Counted from the stretch's first letter, positions 20,008 to 30,707 are shown. The stretch is 64,000 nt of DNA from Armatimonadota bacterium (GCA_029907255.1 JARYMF010000003.1:64061-128060), one strand, 5' to 3'. A program made the numbers and translations. Notes: generated by a model not told the origin, from the letters alone.

Positions 20008-20874
20008 ATGTCTCCTGACGGTTGGTTCCGCAGAAGATTAAAAACAGCAGGGAAAGCCGCTAGGAAACACCTAGATGAGCTTCCAGATGGTCTTTGGATC
20101 AAGTGCCCAAAGTGTGGTGAAATTCTTTTCAGCAAAGAGCTCGAGAAGAATCTCGAGGTTTGCAACAAATGTGGCTATCATTTCAAGTTAAGGGCAGCGA
20201 AGCGATTAGCAATTACCGTTGACGAAGGCTCGTTCGTTGAAATAGACAACGAACTTGTTACATTAAACCCGCTCAACTTCCCCGAATACGATAAGAAAAT
20301 CGAAAAAGGGAAAGCAGAGACAGGCATGAATGATTCAATGATTACAGGTTATGCAAGTATTGGCGGGCAGCCTGTGGTAATAGGAATAGCAGACTTTGCA
20401 TTTATTGGCGGAAGTATGGGTTCTGTTTACGGTGAGCGTGTTGCGCGTGCGTTTGAAAGAGCAACAACTGAGAATCTTCCTGTTATCATGATCAATGCTT
20501 CGGGCGGTGCCCGAATGTATGAAGGTTTAATCTCTCTAATGCAGATGCCAAAGACGGCCGCAGCAGTCGGCAGATTTAATAAGGCTGGCGGCTTGTATAT
20601 ATCTGTGCTGACAGATCCTACAACTGCAGGTGTTTTAGCGAGCTTTGCCATGCTTGCTGATATCATCATAGCAGAGCCTGACGCCCTAATCGGATTCACC
20701 GGACAGAGGGTAGCAGCTCAGGCACAAGTAATTAAAACGCCGCCAGGATTTCAAAGGGCTGAATTTCAGCTAGAACATGGGATGGTGGATATGGTTGTCC
20801 ACCGCCGTGAATTAAGGGATACCCTTAAAAAGTTGCTAACAATTGGAGTAAAGAGGGAAAGCTATGGCATTTAA
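20008..20874 (+). CDS. accD: Acetyl-CoA carboxylase carboxyltransferase beta subunit
   Basis: N-terminal zinc ribbon CPKCGEILFSKELEKNLEVCNKCGYH. Carboxyltransferase domain with GGSMG. Confidence 0.9.
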   Translation: MSPDGWFRRRLKTAGKAARKHLDELPDGLWIKCPKCGEILFSKELEKNLEVCNKCGYHFKLRAAKRLAITVDEGSFVEIDNELVTLNPLNFPEYDKKIEKGKAETGMNDSMITGYASIGGQPVVIGIADFAFIGGSMGSVYGERVARAFERATTENLPVIMINASGGARMYEGLISLMQMPKTAAAVGRFNKAGGLYISVLTDPTTAGVLASFAMLADIIIAEPDALIGFTGQRVAAQAQVIKTPPGFQRAEFQLEHGMVDMVVHRRELRDTLKKLLTIGVKRESYGI

Positions 20875-21859
20875 CGTGCTTGATTTTGAAAAGCCGCTTG
20901 CAGAATTAGATGCAAACATAGCAGAACTTAAGCGCATCTCCGAAATAGAAGGAGTTGATCGTTCTAAGGAGATTGCCGAGCTTGAAGAACATCGCGAGCG
21001 ACTTGCACAGCAGATATTTAGCAATCTTACTCCTTGGGATAAAACCTTAATTGCAAGGCATCCCAACAGGCCATACACTCTTGACTATGTGCGTGCCATA
21101 TTCGATGAATTTGTTGAGCTTCACGGTGATAGACTTTTTGCCGATGATAATGCAATCGTTGGGGGGATAGCTTTTTGGGATGGCAAGCCAATATTTGTTG
21201 TAGGCCATCAGAAGGGGCGTGACCTCAAAGAGCGTCAATTCCGAAATTTTGGCAGCGCAAAACCCGAGGGATACCGCAAAGCTCTTCGCCTAATGAAAAT
21301 GGCTGAGAAGTTTGGCCATCCGATAATTGCATTTGTGGATACACCCGCAGCAGATTGTAGCGTTGGATCTGAAGAAAGGGGTATTGCAGAAGCAATTGCC
21401 AGGAATATGATGGAGATGGCAATGCTTCGCACGCCAATCATTGTTATTGTTATTGGCGAAGGCGGTAGTGGTGGTGCAATAGGTTTGGGAGTAGGAAATC
21501 GTGTTCTTATGATGGAACACGCAATTTATTCTGTAATTCCACCTGAAGGATGCGCAGCAATTATCTGGCGCGACCCAGCAAAAGGTCCCGAAGCCGCTGA
21601 AGCACTCAAGCTAACAGCTCAGCATGCTTTGGAATTTGGATTGATTGATGAAATCATTCCCGAGCCTTTGGGCGGTGCACATCGAAACTACGAAGCTGCA
21701 ACTTTGGCGGTGCGAGAAGCAATTATTCGTAACCTTGAACTGTTAGAAAAATACACCCCCGATGAACTTCCTGCTCAGCGATATGATAAATTCAGGAAAA
21801 TGGGAATTTTTGCTACGGCAGAGCCCGAGAAAAAGAGCAAAAAAGCACAAAGAAGTTAA
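20864..21859 (+). CDS. accA: Acetyl-CoA carboxylase carboxyltransferase alpha subunit
   Basis: Typical AccA: ...ARHPNRPYTLDYV...GFAKPEGYRKALRLMKMAEKF...IDTPGA... Overlaps accD by 11 nt. Confidence 0.9.
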   Translation: MAFNVLDFEKPLAELDANIAELKRISEIEGVDRSKEIAELEEHRERLAQQIFSNLTPWDKTLIARHPNRPYTLDYVRAIFDEFVELHGDRLFADDNAIVGGIAFWDGKPIFVVGHQKGRDLKERQFRNFGSAKPEGYRKALRLMKMAEKFGHPIIAFVDTPAADCSVGSEERGIAEAIARNMMEMAMLRTPIIVIVIGEGGSGGAIGLGVGNRVLMMEHAIYSVIPPEGCAAIIWRDPAKGPEAAEALKLTAQHALEFGLIDEIIPEPLGGAHRNYEAATLAVREAIIRNLELLEKYTPDELPAQRYDKFRKMGIFATAEPEKKSKKAQRS

Positions 21860-21897
21860 CAAAGAAAGAAGCATAAAAGAAGGTTAAGATATGCAAA

Positions 21898-24726
21898 ATG
21901 AATAGAACGATTCTGCTAATATTTATTTCGGTGGCTTTGTCAGCCACATTTTTATGCTACGCATACTGCCAATCGGAGAGCACTTTTAAAATGAAAGACT
22001 TTGAGTTTTCTTATACCACAGGTGGGGTGTCGCTTAAGTATAAAGATGTAACCATAATTCGAAAATCATCGCTTTACGTCGTTTCACCAGGTTGGACCAG
22101 GCTTCTGTTTGGCCATCACCAGGCTGAGCACAAAATCACTTGTGAAGACATTCCTGATGGCAAGGTTGTCAGGATTAGCATGGGTAACGAATTTTTCTCT
22201 GCAACTTACCATGTAACAATGAAAGATTCCAATGAGGTCACCATTGACCTTGCCTATCAATTAGTCCAAGATGTGCCTGCAGAGATTGAATATTGCGTTG
22301 GCTATATTCCGGCACAGCTTATTGCAGGATTCCCCTACGAAGCGGAAACTGAAGAAGGTCAAAGGAGTGGTTTTGTTCCATATACTGCCAAGTCAGCTGA
22401 CCATTTTGAATCAATGCTGGTGCCGCCATTTAAACGATTAGAGTTCGAAACACGGCCTGCAGATATAGAAATATCAGTTTCGGGCGACTGCTCAGGGTTA
22501 ATTATATTCGATGCAAGACGCGACCCACAAGTGTGGGCACGTGAGGCGCCGATATTCTGGTGTGGTATGGGACACCCCCCAGAAAAGATTGTTTACGGTA
22601 AAGAGTACCATGTAGTTACAAACTTTAAGTTCGTTCCAAGGCAAGTGCAAGAATGCTTCGAACTCAATCCTACTTCGGTTGAAATCAAAACAGTTAAAAA
22701 TGCCAAGCTTCCAAAAGAAGATTTAATCAAGATAATTCCAGAGCCAAAGTACGTTGAATACAGCGAGCGTGATTTTATCATTGAAGATAATGTAGCGATT
22801 GTCTTGCCAGACAATCCCACTTCTGATGACCGCCTGAATGCAGAAATATTGAATGAGGAATTAAACGACATATACGGCGTTACGCTTCCAGTAACGACTC
22901 CATCCAAAATGAAGCCAGGGACAAAAATCATTGGCATAGGAGAACCTGCGCGTAATTCGACGGTAGCATATCTCTGTAAAGAAACTGGCTTGGAAGTTCC
23001 AAATTATGATGAAGGATATGCGCTAAAATCTTGTTCCCAGTTTGTTGTAATTGCTGGAAAAGACACTCGCGGGACATTTTATGGCGTTCAAACCTTACTT
23101 CAACTTTTAAAACCCACTGTAGATGGGGCAGCTGTCCACGGCGCAATTGTTCGTGATTGGCCCACGATGAAGATTCGCGGGGCGCATATTTTTATGGGAG
23201 GCCAGGGAAAGCCATTTATTAAAAAGTTAATAAGGCGTATTTTCGCGCGCCATAAAATGAATTATCTCATCTTCCAAACGGACTATGTGAAGTGGGAAAG
23301 TCATCCAGAAATATGGGTTTCATATGGTGCAAGCAAGGCGGATGTAAAAGAGGTCGTAGAATATGCAAAAATGCACCATATGGAGGTGGTTCCGCTCGTT
23401 CAATCGCTCGGCCATTCTGAATGGATGTTCGCAAATAATTCTAACCTAAACCTTGCGGAAGACCCTGAGCATCCGTATGGTTACTGCCCAAGCAAACCAG
23501 AAAGCTATAAGTTTTTGTTTGACATATACAATGAGGCAATAGAAGTATTCAAGCCAAAGGTTTTTCATATAGGCCACGACGAAATCACCATGAGAGGTCG
23601 CTTCCCACGGGATGAGCTATGTTCGAAAAAAACTATATCACAGCTTTTCCTCGAAGATGTTGAAAAGCTTCGCGCATATCTTGCCGAAAGGGGTATTCGC
23701 ACAATGCTTTGGGGAGATATGATGCTCCATAGTAGTGAAACTCCCTGTGCTGGCATGGCAGAATCATTGGAGGCGGCAAAGGAGCGGCGTGAAGCTCTAC
23801 CAAAGGATATCATAATTGCTGATTGGCACTACTGCACTTCGGAAGACTTTCCAAGCGTGCGGCTTTTCAAAGAAAAGGGACACGAGGTACTTGCTTGTAC
23901 ATGGTACAATCCGTATAACATTTATGATTTCAGCCGTTCGGCAAAAAAAGATGGCGCGGAAGGTCTTATCCAAACCCTTTGGTCAGGGTTTAATGTTGAT
24001 GAAAGATGTTTAGACCAGCAATTCCATCAGTACCATGCGTTTATATTAGCGGCTGAGTATGCTTGGAACACTGGGGAAACATCAGTAAGTGACCTACCTT
24101 ATTTTTCAGGAGAAGAGTTTCTGAAACTTTGGAGGCGTGAAAAAGCCGACCACTCAGCAAGTGATGGCTTTGTGGTGAATCTTTCACCATTCGCAAATAT
24201 CATGCTCAGTAGCGATAACGAAAGTGCATGGATAGGTTATGGGCCAGATCATGATCTCAGAGAGTTGAAAACGGGGAATATCCGGCTGTGCGGAATTGGG
24301 TTTGAGATACCTCAAAACAAGGCGCTTATGTTCTCTGGCGCAATGAATCCAAAAGGTTCATGGCCTTGTGAGATTCGAATACCGCTGTCTAGAACTGCTG
24401 ATAGTGTGGCTTTCCTTATTGCAACGGGCTGGGTTGCTGAAAAGGGCACACCAGTCGGGAAAATTGTCTTTAGGTATTCAAATACGGAATCTATGGTTCT
24501 CGACCTTGTGTATGGAGAAAACATCGCTGCATGGAACGACCATGGTTCAATTCCATATGCTACGGTTGCTTGGAGAGGAAAAACCCGTGCGGGGGAAATA
24601 ATAGCCCTTCGCATTCTTCAATGGAATAATCCTTATCCAAAAAGGCCAATTCAAGCAATTGAAATCCTATCGAATAACACAGAAGCGTGTCCGATAGTAT
24701 TTGCAATTACTGGAATCGGAGGTTAA
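21898..24726 (+). CDS. Large secreted glycoside-hydrolase-like protein (GH20-like catalytic region?)
   Basis: Signal peptide. The central region VFHIGHDEIT...VVPLVQSLGHSEWMF resembles the GH20 H-x-G-G-D-E catalytic segment. 942 aa. Confidence 0.4.
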   Translation: MNRTILLIFISVALSATFLCYAYCQSESTFKMKDFEFSYTTGGVSLKYKDVTIIRKSSLYVVSPGWTRLLFGHHQAEHKITCEDIPDGKVVRISMGNEFFSATYHVTMKDSNEVTIDLAYQLVQDVPAEIEYCVGYIPAQLIAGFPYEAETEEGQRSGFVPYTAKSADHFESMLVPPFKRLEFETRPADIEISVSGDCSGLIIFDARRDPQVWAREAPIFWCGMGHPPEKIVYGKEYHVVTNFKFVPRQVQECFELNPTSVEIKTVKNAKLPKEDLIKIIPEPKYVEYSERDFIIEDNVAIVLPDNPTSDDRLNAEILNEELNDIYGVTLPVTTPSKMKPGTKIIGIGEPARNSTVAYLCKETGLEVPNYDEGYALKSCSQFVVIAGKDTRGTFYGVQTLLQLLKPTVDGAAVHGAIVRDWPTMKIRGAHIFMGGQGKPFIKKLIRRIFARHKMNYLIFQTDYVKWESHPEIWVSYGASKADVKEVVEYAKMHHMEVVPLVQSLGHSEWMFANNSNLNLAEDPEHPYGYCPSKPESYKFLFDIYNEAIEVFKPKVFHIGHDEITMRGRFPRDELCSKKTISQLFLEDVEKLRAYLAERGIRTMLWGDMMLHSSETPCAGMAESLEAAKERREALPKDIIIADWHYCTSEDFPSVRLFKEKGHEVLACTWYNPYNIYDFSRSAKKDGAEGLIQTLWSGFNVDERCLDQQFHQYHAFILAAEYAWNTGETSVSDLPYFSGEEFLKLWRREKADHSASDGFVVNLSPFANIMLSSDNESAWIGYGPDHDLRELKTGNIRLCGIGFEIPQNKALMFSGAMNPKGSWPCEIRIPLSRTADSVAFLIATGWVAEKGTPVGKIVFRYSNTESMVLDLVYGENIAAWNDHGSIPYATVAWRGKTRAGEIIALRILQWNNPYPKRPIQAIEILSNNTEACPIVFAITGIGG

Positions 24727-24729
24727 GAA

Positions 24730-26142
24730 TTAATCTTTACCAATCCTTGCTTTAAAAACGTCAAGTAAAGGGTCTCCTGTTCTTTCCATCATTCTAAGCA
24801 ATTCCAATCGGAATTTGGAAAGAGTGTTCTTGTAATCCTTTTCTGCGATAAGGTTTTTCTGCTCCCAAGGGTCTTTTCGAATGTCATAGAGCTCCTCTGG
24901 CGTGCGGTAAAGAAAAAACTTAACACGCTCAGCAATTTTTTGATCGCTTGATTGCGCCATCGCCTTAAATGCCAAACCACCCATTGGCTCATTTTTGAAT
25001 GTTGTTTTTCCATCCGACCAGGCATTGAAAATGTAGCTGAAGTTTTTCGTCCGAACACATCGCATTGGAAACATGTTGCCGGCGGAGGTACTGGTAATAA
25101 AAGTGAAAACTTTGTCCCATCCCGAAGAATGTTTGCCTTCTAGCAGGGGAACAAATGACCTGCCATCTAATCCTTCAACTTGGTCTAATGCCAGCGCATC
25201 AAGCACTGTTGGCATAAAATCAACGCCAGAAACAAGGTCTTTATCGTTAACTGTTCCCGGCTTAATTTTTCCGGGCCAGCGCACAATAAGTGGCGTCGCA
25301 GTGCTCGTATAGTAGCAGTTTGTTTTCGCAAATGGTTCGGAAATTCCGTTGTCGCTTAGGAAGAAAACGATGGTATTCTCTTCAAAACCGGTTTCTTTGA
25401 GTGCCCTAAGAATTTGACCGACTGTTTCATCGCATCTATGAACGGCTGTATAATACTGCGCCAGTTCTTTCCTAACATCAGGAGGATCGCCAGGGAGGAA
25501 TGGAGGGACGGTAATTTCTTTAGGTTTGTAGGTTCTGCTAACTTTAGAGACTGTTTCTGCACCAGGAAAGGGTCTATGAGGGTCCATTGAGTTTGCCATA
25601 AGAAAGAATGGCTTCCCAGCAGCTTTAGCTTGTTCAAAGAAAGATTTTGATTTAACGTAGTATGCCTCGGGATCTCTACCATTGCCAAGATCCTGTGCAG
25701 GTATTTCAACATCCCAGCAAAATTTCCATTTTGGCGTAAGGTGTTCGATTTTTGCCATAATTCCATTAAAGTAACCAGCTTTTCGTAGATGTTCCTGAAG
25801 TGTTGGGACGTTCTCGTTAATTGGTTGAAATCCCAAGGCACCGTTTCTATGAGGGAATCTGCCTGTCATAAGAGCTGAACGACTGGGCTGGCAAATTGCA
25901 CTTGTCACATGAGCTTGAGTGAAACGCATACCTTGCGCAGCTAGTGCGTCTAGATTTGGTGTAATGTCCGGAACTTCGCACCCAGTAACGCCAAGGGAAT
26001 CGAAATTCATATCATCGGCGGTTATCAAAAGCACATTTAAGCGATTGTTGCTATTTCTGGCAAAGGTTCTGGGTGCAAATGCCATTGCTGCCGACGCTCC
26101 AAGTGCTGTAATGAATTCACGCCTTGTAAATTTATCCATCAT
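24730..26142 (-). CDS. Arylsulfatase-family sulfatase, Cys-type, Tat-exported
   Basis: Twin-arginine signal MMDKFTRREFITALGASAAMAFA. Sulfatase signature LLITADDMNF...SAICQPSRSALMTGRFPHRNG (C-x-P-S-R). Confidence 0.9.
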   Translation of the reverse strand: MMDKFTRREFITALGASAAMAFAPRTFARNSNNRLNVLLITADDMNFDSLGVTGCEVPDITPNLDALAAQGMRFTQAHVTSAICQPSRSALMTGRFPHRNGALGFQPINENVPTLQEHLRKAGYFNGIMAKIEHLTPKWKFCWDVEIPAQDLGNGRDPEAYYVKSKSFFEQAKAAGKPFFLMANSMDPHRPFPGAETVSKVSRTYKPKEITVPPFLPGDPPDVRKELAQYYTAVHRCDETVGQILRALKETGFEENTIVFFLSDNGISEPFAKTNCYYTSTATPLIVRWPGKIKPGTVNDKDLVSGVDFMPTVLDALALDQVEGLDGRSFVPLLEGKHSSGWDKVFTFITSTSAGNMFPMRCVRTKNFSYIFNAWSDGKTTFKNEPMGGLAFKAMAQSSDQKIAERVKFFLYRTPEELYDIRKDPWEQKNLIAEKDYKNTLSKFRLELLRMMERTGDPLLDVFKARIGKD

Positions 26143-26196
26143 TTCGTTCCTCGCCTATCACACGTCTAAATCATAGTATGGCATATTGTAAGTAGC

Positions 26197-26242
26197 GACG
26201 TCAATTCATCCGCTTGACGTCTTGAAATGCCAGGAATATCAT
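26197..26242 (+). promoter_or_regulatory. Divergent control region: inverted repeat GACGTCAA-N9-TTGACGTC overlapping a TTGACG-17-TATCAT promoter
   Basis: 8-bp perfect arms at 26197-26204 and 26214-26221. -35 TTGACG 26214-26219 and -10 TATCAT 26237-26242. Lies between the sulfatase (-) and the 26264 gene (+). Confidence 0.4.
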
Positions 26243-26263
26243 AATTGCATATAAAAAAGATTT

Positions 26264-27766
26264 TTGGAGAGAAATATGCTTAACCAAGCGCACACATGGG
26301 CTGAAGCAGACCTTTTTCTAATGGCAGACGAAGGGATAGTTGAGAAAAGTGAAAATGCCACACGCCGGCTTTGTCCTATTGAGAAACATCCCGAGCCAGT
26401 AATAGTGCCGAATAGACCTTGGGAAGGACTAGCACCAAATGGCAAGGTTGACTCACTTCAAGATCCCTTCTATGCGGTCGTTGTTTTTGACCCAATCGAA
26501 GAAGTATTCAAATGTTGGTATAATGCTTACACCCGCATCGTAAACCGTGCTAACTACTCTCCGTTTGCAAACCAAGGTTCGTCATGCTGCTACGCTGTGA
26601 GCACCGACGGGGTGCATTGGGAAAAGCCTTCTGTCCGCGAGGTACTTTTTGATAATTCTTATGATAATAACATTGTTCGTTTTATGGAACATTCTGCAAC
26701 ACATGACACATGCGTGCTTGCTGAGCAGGTGTGGAACGTTTTGCCTTACGGAACCCCAGATTCAGAAGACCGTTGGGTTGCAACATTATTTACCGCTTAT
26801 GACGACCCAATCTACTCTAAAGGCATTACAGTTTGCTTTAGTCAAGACGGACTTCGGTGGCGCATGCATTACCCTCCCGTACTTCCTTTAGATGGGGATT
26901 GTCACTCGCTGTCGATTGATCCAATGAACAAATGTTTCCTCATGACAACGCGGTCGCATCAACACATGAATTTATGCCGTAGATGGGGGCGCCCATGGAA
27001 GAGACATATTGCATTAAGCAAAAGCAGGGACCTCTTTCACTGGACCCCCATGCAAACCGTTCTAGAAGCCGACGAAAACGATCCTGAGGATACCCATCTA
27101 TACTTAATGTACATCATTCCTTATGGCCATGCTTATCTTGGGCAACTGCTAGTCTTCAATACAAATGAGATGGTGCTTCACGAGCAACTTGCACTTAGTC
27201 GAGACCTTGAAAAATGGCAGAGAGTAGGCGATAGAAAGCCACTGCTAGAACGTGGTCCAGAGGGAAGTTGGGACTCTAAGCACGTTGCCTTAACCAATAA
27301 CCCTCCACATCCCGAGGGCGATAAAATGCGATTTTGGTATGGTGGAGCATCAGCACCACACTACCAGGCGGGATATGGGGCACTGGGTACCGGAACCCTT
27401 CGTCGTGATGGATTTGTCTGCTGGGAGGCTGGCGAAAAGGAGGGCGTCATAACAACTATTCCTATGAAACCCATAGGGCCAACCTGGATTTTGCTCAATG
27501 TAGATGCAAGCAAGGGAGAAGCTCTAGTAGAAGTAACCGATAAAAACTTTAATCCAATCGAAGGATGTACAAAAGACGACTGCATTCCTGTTAGGGGAAA
27601 TCACATACGTGCTGTTGTAAACTTTAAAGTCGAGCCTAAGGACCTCTTTTCACGTGGAAACTTCATGCGTTTCAATCATGATATACGCTTTCGATTCTAC
27701 TTAAGAAATGCAAAATTGTATGCATTCAAGGCGCCAAACTTGCAACCATTGTGGCAGGATTCTTAA
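26264..27766 (+). CDS. Hypothetical protein, possibly a beta-propeller glycoside hydrolase-like protein
   Basis: 500 aa, rich in Trp, Asp and Gly. No clear catalytic signature. Co-located with the sulfatase and GH genes. Confidence 0.35.
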   Translation: MERNMLNQAHTWAEADLFLMADEGIVEKSENATRRLCPIEKHPEPVIVPNRPWEGLAPNGKVDSLQDPFYAVVVFDPIEEVFKCWYNAYTRIVNRANYSPFANQGSSCCYAVSTDGVHWEKPSVREVLFDNSYDNNIVRFMEHSATHDTCVLAEQVWNVLPYGTPDSEDRWVATLFTAYDDPIYSKGITVCFSQDGLRWRMHYPPVLPLDGDCHSLSIDPMNKCFLMTTRSHQHMNLCRRWGRPWKRHIALSKSRDLFHWTPMQTVLEADENDPEDTHLYLMYIIPYGHAYLGQLLVFNTNEMVLHEQLALSRDLEKWQRVGDRKPLLERGPEGSWDSKHVALTNNPPHPEGDKMRFWYGGASAPHYQAGYGALGTGTLRRDGFVCWEAGEKEGVITTIPMKPIGPTWILLNVDASKGEALVEVTDKNFNPIEGCTKDDCIPVRGNHIRAVVNFKVEPKDLFSRGNFMRFNHDIRFRFYLRNAKLYAFKAPNLQPLWQDS

Positions 27767-27790
27767 AGGTTTCAACAAACGTGGAAGGCA

Positions 27791-28789
27791 ATGAACAATA
27801 TCGAGTTTGAAGAGCGATTATTCGAAATGCGAATGGCAGCTTACCGTCATCCGAAGATTGATATAATAAACGTAGGATTTCGGCCAGTTAGCGGTAAAGT
27901 TGCCGACTTTTGCGTGATTGAAAATAATGGGCGTTATCATTTCTTTTATATTGAACGCCGGCTTCAAGAGGGGACCCCATTCTATCCTGGCAACGAAATT
28001 TATTTCGGCCATGCAAGTACCGAAGACTTTTTCAACTGGGAAGTTCATGACCCAGTGATGCTTATTCGCCCTGGGACATGGGAGGAAGCACATGTTTGGG
28101 CGCCGTTTGTGTTTCGCTATGGCGGTTTATTTGTTATGGCGTACACGGGAGTAAACAGATATATTTCGCAAAATATTGGCTTGGCATTTAGTAAGGACTT
28201 GTTTGAATGGGAACGCTGGGATGGCAATCCCATTTCGCCGTGTAAGGACAAAGATTGGGCATTTTGGCGTGAGGATCGTATATCTAGCTGTCGTGATCCC
28301 CACGTTTTTGAACATAATGGCAGGATATGGATGTGTTATACAGCAAACACGAGAAGCGGTGCCTCCTGCATTGCTTTGACAAGTACCGATGACCTTAAAC
28401 ATTGGGAGGACCATGGTCCCATACTTATAGGCCCAGCTGACGGATACGAACCTAGGCTTGAAGGAGGTCATCCCCAAGGGAGCTTGGAATCAAGCAATTT
28501 GCTTGTGAGAAATGATAGATGGTTCCTTCTTGTTAACGCTGCAATTCGGGGAACGCCAATCAGATGCTGGGTCTTTGAGAGCAATAGCATTGATTCTTTC
28601 AACTTTTCAGAAGGGCGAGAGTTTTGGCATGGCGGTGGAGGAGTGGAAATTGTAAAAGAAAAGGGTAGCCGTGCACTTCTCGCTAGCTTCGCATCAGGGA
28701 CTATAAGATTCGGAGAAGTAGATTGGGCAGCAGAGCATCCCACAGCAAGATTTGTAACAGAGGAGCAGTTGAGGGAGTGGCAAAAATAG
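27791..28789 (+). CDS. Five-bladed beta-propeller glycoside hydrolase-like protein (GH43/GH32/GH130-like fold)
   Basis: HVWAPFVFRYGGLFVMAYTG and CRDPHVFEHNGRIWMCYTA resemble blade and catalytic-Asp regions of GH43-like propellers. Confidence 0.4.
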   Translation: MNNIEFEERLFEMRMAAYRHPKIDIINVGFRPVSGKVADFCVIENNGRYHFFYIERRLQEGTPFYPGNEIYFGHASTEDFFNWEVHDPVMLIRPGTWEEAHVWAPFVFRYGGLFVMAYTGVNRYISQNIGLAFSKDLFEWERWDGNPISPCKDKDWAFWREDRISSCRDPHVFEHNGRIWMCYTANTRSGASCIALTSTDDLKHWEDHGPILIGPADGYEPRLEGGHPQGSLESSNLLVRNDRWFLLVNAAIRGTPIRCWVFESNSIDSFNFSEGREFWHGGGGVEIVKEKGSRALLASFASGTIRFGEVDWAAEHPTARFVTEEQLREWQK

Positions 28790-28817
28790 ACAGTTTGAAA
28801 AGGGGACTAAGTTATTT

Positions 28818-30707
28818 ATGTATAGACGAATTCTTTTGCAATTCTTGACTCCTGTTATTCTTGCTTTTGTCGGCGCGCTTCCTGTTTCAGCTTGGAAGGT
28901 AATTGATGCACACTGGCGCCCAGATGCGAACCCATGGGCAAAAGCACAAGTATGGGAGGGCACAATTTGGAGTGAAGGATGGTCGGAAGAGGAGCAGTTT
29001 TATCCAAAACACATGAAGCCATCGGGAAGCGTGCACGTAATACTTCGAAACGATTCTCAAATAAAGGATACTATTTGGTTGTCAAAAATTAATGATATCT
29101 CAATTGATAAACTTGTCACTAACTCACAAAATGCAGGAAACGTAATTTGGTACAAGGTTGAATCCCCTAAATTAACTGCTCCAAATGAATCATATTGGAA
29201 AGATGACAAAAATTGGGCTCAGCCCAAGCCGGTTGAAGTTGAAGGCGGCGGCTGGGTTGAATGTATAGTGCGATTTAGAACCACCCCAAAAGGTATTGTC
29301 CGCCTTCAATTCATTACAGGTTCAAATGGTATTGTTGAAGTGCCTGTGTCGATAAAGGCTCAAAGGGCCCGCATCGAATCTATTTCATTTTCTCCGAAGA
29401 TAGATAAGCTGTATGTGTACATTCGCTCGCTAGATGGCAATGCTATCAGAACAGGGGTAGTAAGGCTCGATGGACATAAAGTGAGTGCAAGGTGGACTGA
29501 GGGGCCAAAATCATCAGGATTGTTGCTGGCAGAGATTGACCTAAAGCTTAGTTGGGAATACGGCTCATATCATCTTATTGAGGTTGAGATACCGGGTGAG
29601 TTGCAGCTGGTCCAACCTGTGCGTGCATGGGACAATTATTTTTGCATTGGACTCTATGGTGTTTTGGATGCCGGAAGCATAAGTGATGCGAAGGCGCACG
29701 GAATAAACACTTATTTCACGTCAGGCGTTTCCCCTCTGCTTGATGAAGCCGGCCTAAACTGCGTCCCCGCATATAACGTGGGCGAGGGTAGACCACGGAA
29801 TGAAAACCAATCTGGCGTTCTCTTTTATCAAAACAAGGATGAGCCGGATGCGCACGATTTTTCAAGCGGAGAAAATCTGCCAGTCATGGACCGCTTAGGA
29901 GTTAATGCCCAAGCGGAGGTTTTGCCAAGGTTGAGCTACCAAAAAGCAAGGGATCCGAGAACACCCAACCTCTTGCTAGTAAACAATACTTATAAGCCTC
30001 TGAATTGGTATGTATATGGCCAGATTGCTGATATATATTGCACTGACCCGTATGTGCCCTTGAATGGCAGACAACTAGATTATGTATGGAGAGCTCTTGA
30101 CTGTGCTAGAGATGCGTGTACACCCAGGCCGCTAGTTTCAGTTCTCTGGGCTTGTGGACTTGCTGGGGCCCGAAAGTTTGGCCACCGTCCACCAACGCCC
30201 CAGGAAGAGCGCATGATGGTATTCTATGCCCTAGGATGTGGGGTTAAGGGAATTGCATACTTCATTGACTTGACTTCCGAAACCGGCGAAGGAAAGTTCA
30301 CCGGACTATCGGATATAAAACCACTCTGGGAAGAGGTTGGCCGCACAAACAAGGATGTCCAAGCATTAGCTAAATTTCTCTCAATCGGTTGTCCGATTCC
30401 AATTTCCATTTCAGGAAAAGACGTTTGGGCGCGGGCACTTCAATGTGGAAGAGATAATTTGGTAGTTATAGTGGTGAATACTAACCATTACATAGGTTTT
30501 GAAACTAGAAATGAATATGCTTGGCATACTCCAGCCAAAAACGTAGAGCTAACAATTTCTCTGCCACCTCACTTTCGAAATTGCCATTTAGAAGAGGTTA
30601 AAGGTGGAAAATTTGTCCCGCTATCATTTGAAAAGCTTAGAGGCGCAATCAAATTCAGATTGGATATTCTTGATGATGCAAGAGCTTTTGTAATTACAAA
30701 TGGCTAA
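28818..30707 (+). CDS. Secreted hypothetical protein (629 aa)
   Basis: Signal-anchor sequence MYRRILLQFLTPVILAFVGALPVSA. No recognised motif. Confidence 0.45.
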   Translation: MYRRILLQFLTPVILAFVGALPVSAWKVIDAHWRPDANPWAKAQVWEGTIWSEGWSEEEQFYPKHMKPSGSVHVILRNDSQIKDTIWLSKINDISIDKLVTNSQNAGNVIWYKVESPKLTAPNESYWKDDKNWAQPKPVEVEGGGWVECIVRFRTTPKGIVRLQFITGSNGIVEVPVSIKAQRARIESISFSPKIDKLYVYIRSLDGNAIRTGVVRLDGHKVSARWTEGPKSSGLLLAEIDLKLSWEYGSYHLIEVEIPGELQLVQPVRAWDNYFCIGLYGVLDAGSISDAKAHGINTYFTSGVSPLLDEAGLNCVPAYNVGEGRPRNENQSGVLFYQNKDEPDAHDFSSGENLPVMDRLGVNAQAEVLPRLSYQKARDPRTPNLLLVNNTYKPLNWYVYGQIADIYCTDPYVPLNGRQLDYVWRALDCARDACTPRPLVSVLWACGLAGARKFGHRPPTPQEERMMVFYALGCGVKGIAYFIDLTSETGEGKFTGLSDIKPLWEEVGRTNKDVQALAKFLSIGCPIPISISGKDVWARALQCGRDNLVVIVVNTNHYIGFETRNEYAWHTPAKNVELTISLPPHFRNCHLEEVKGGKFVPLSFEKLRGAIKFRLDILDDARAFVITNG

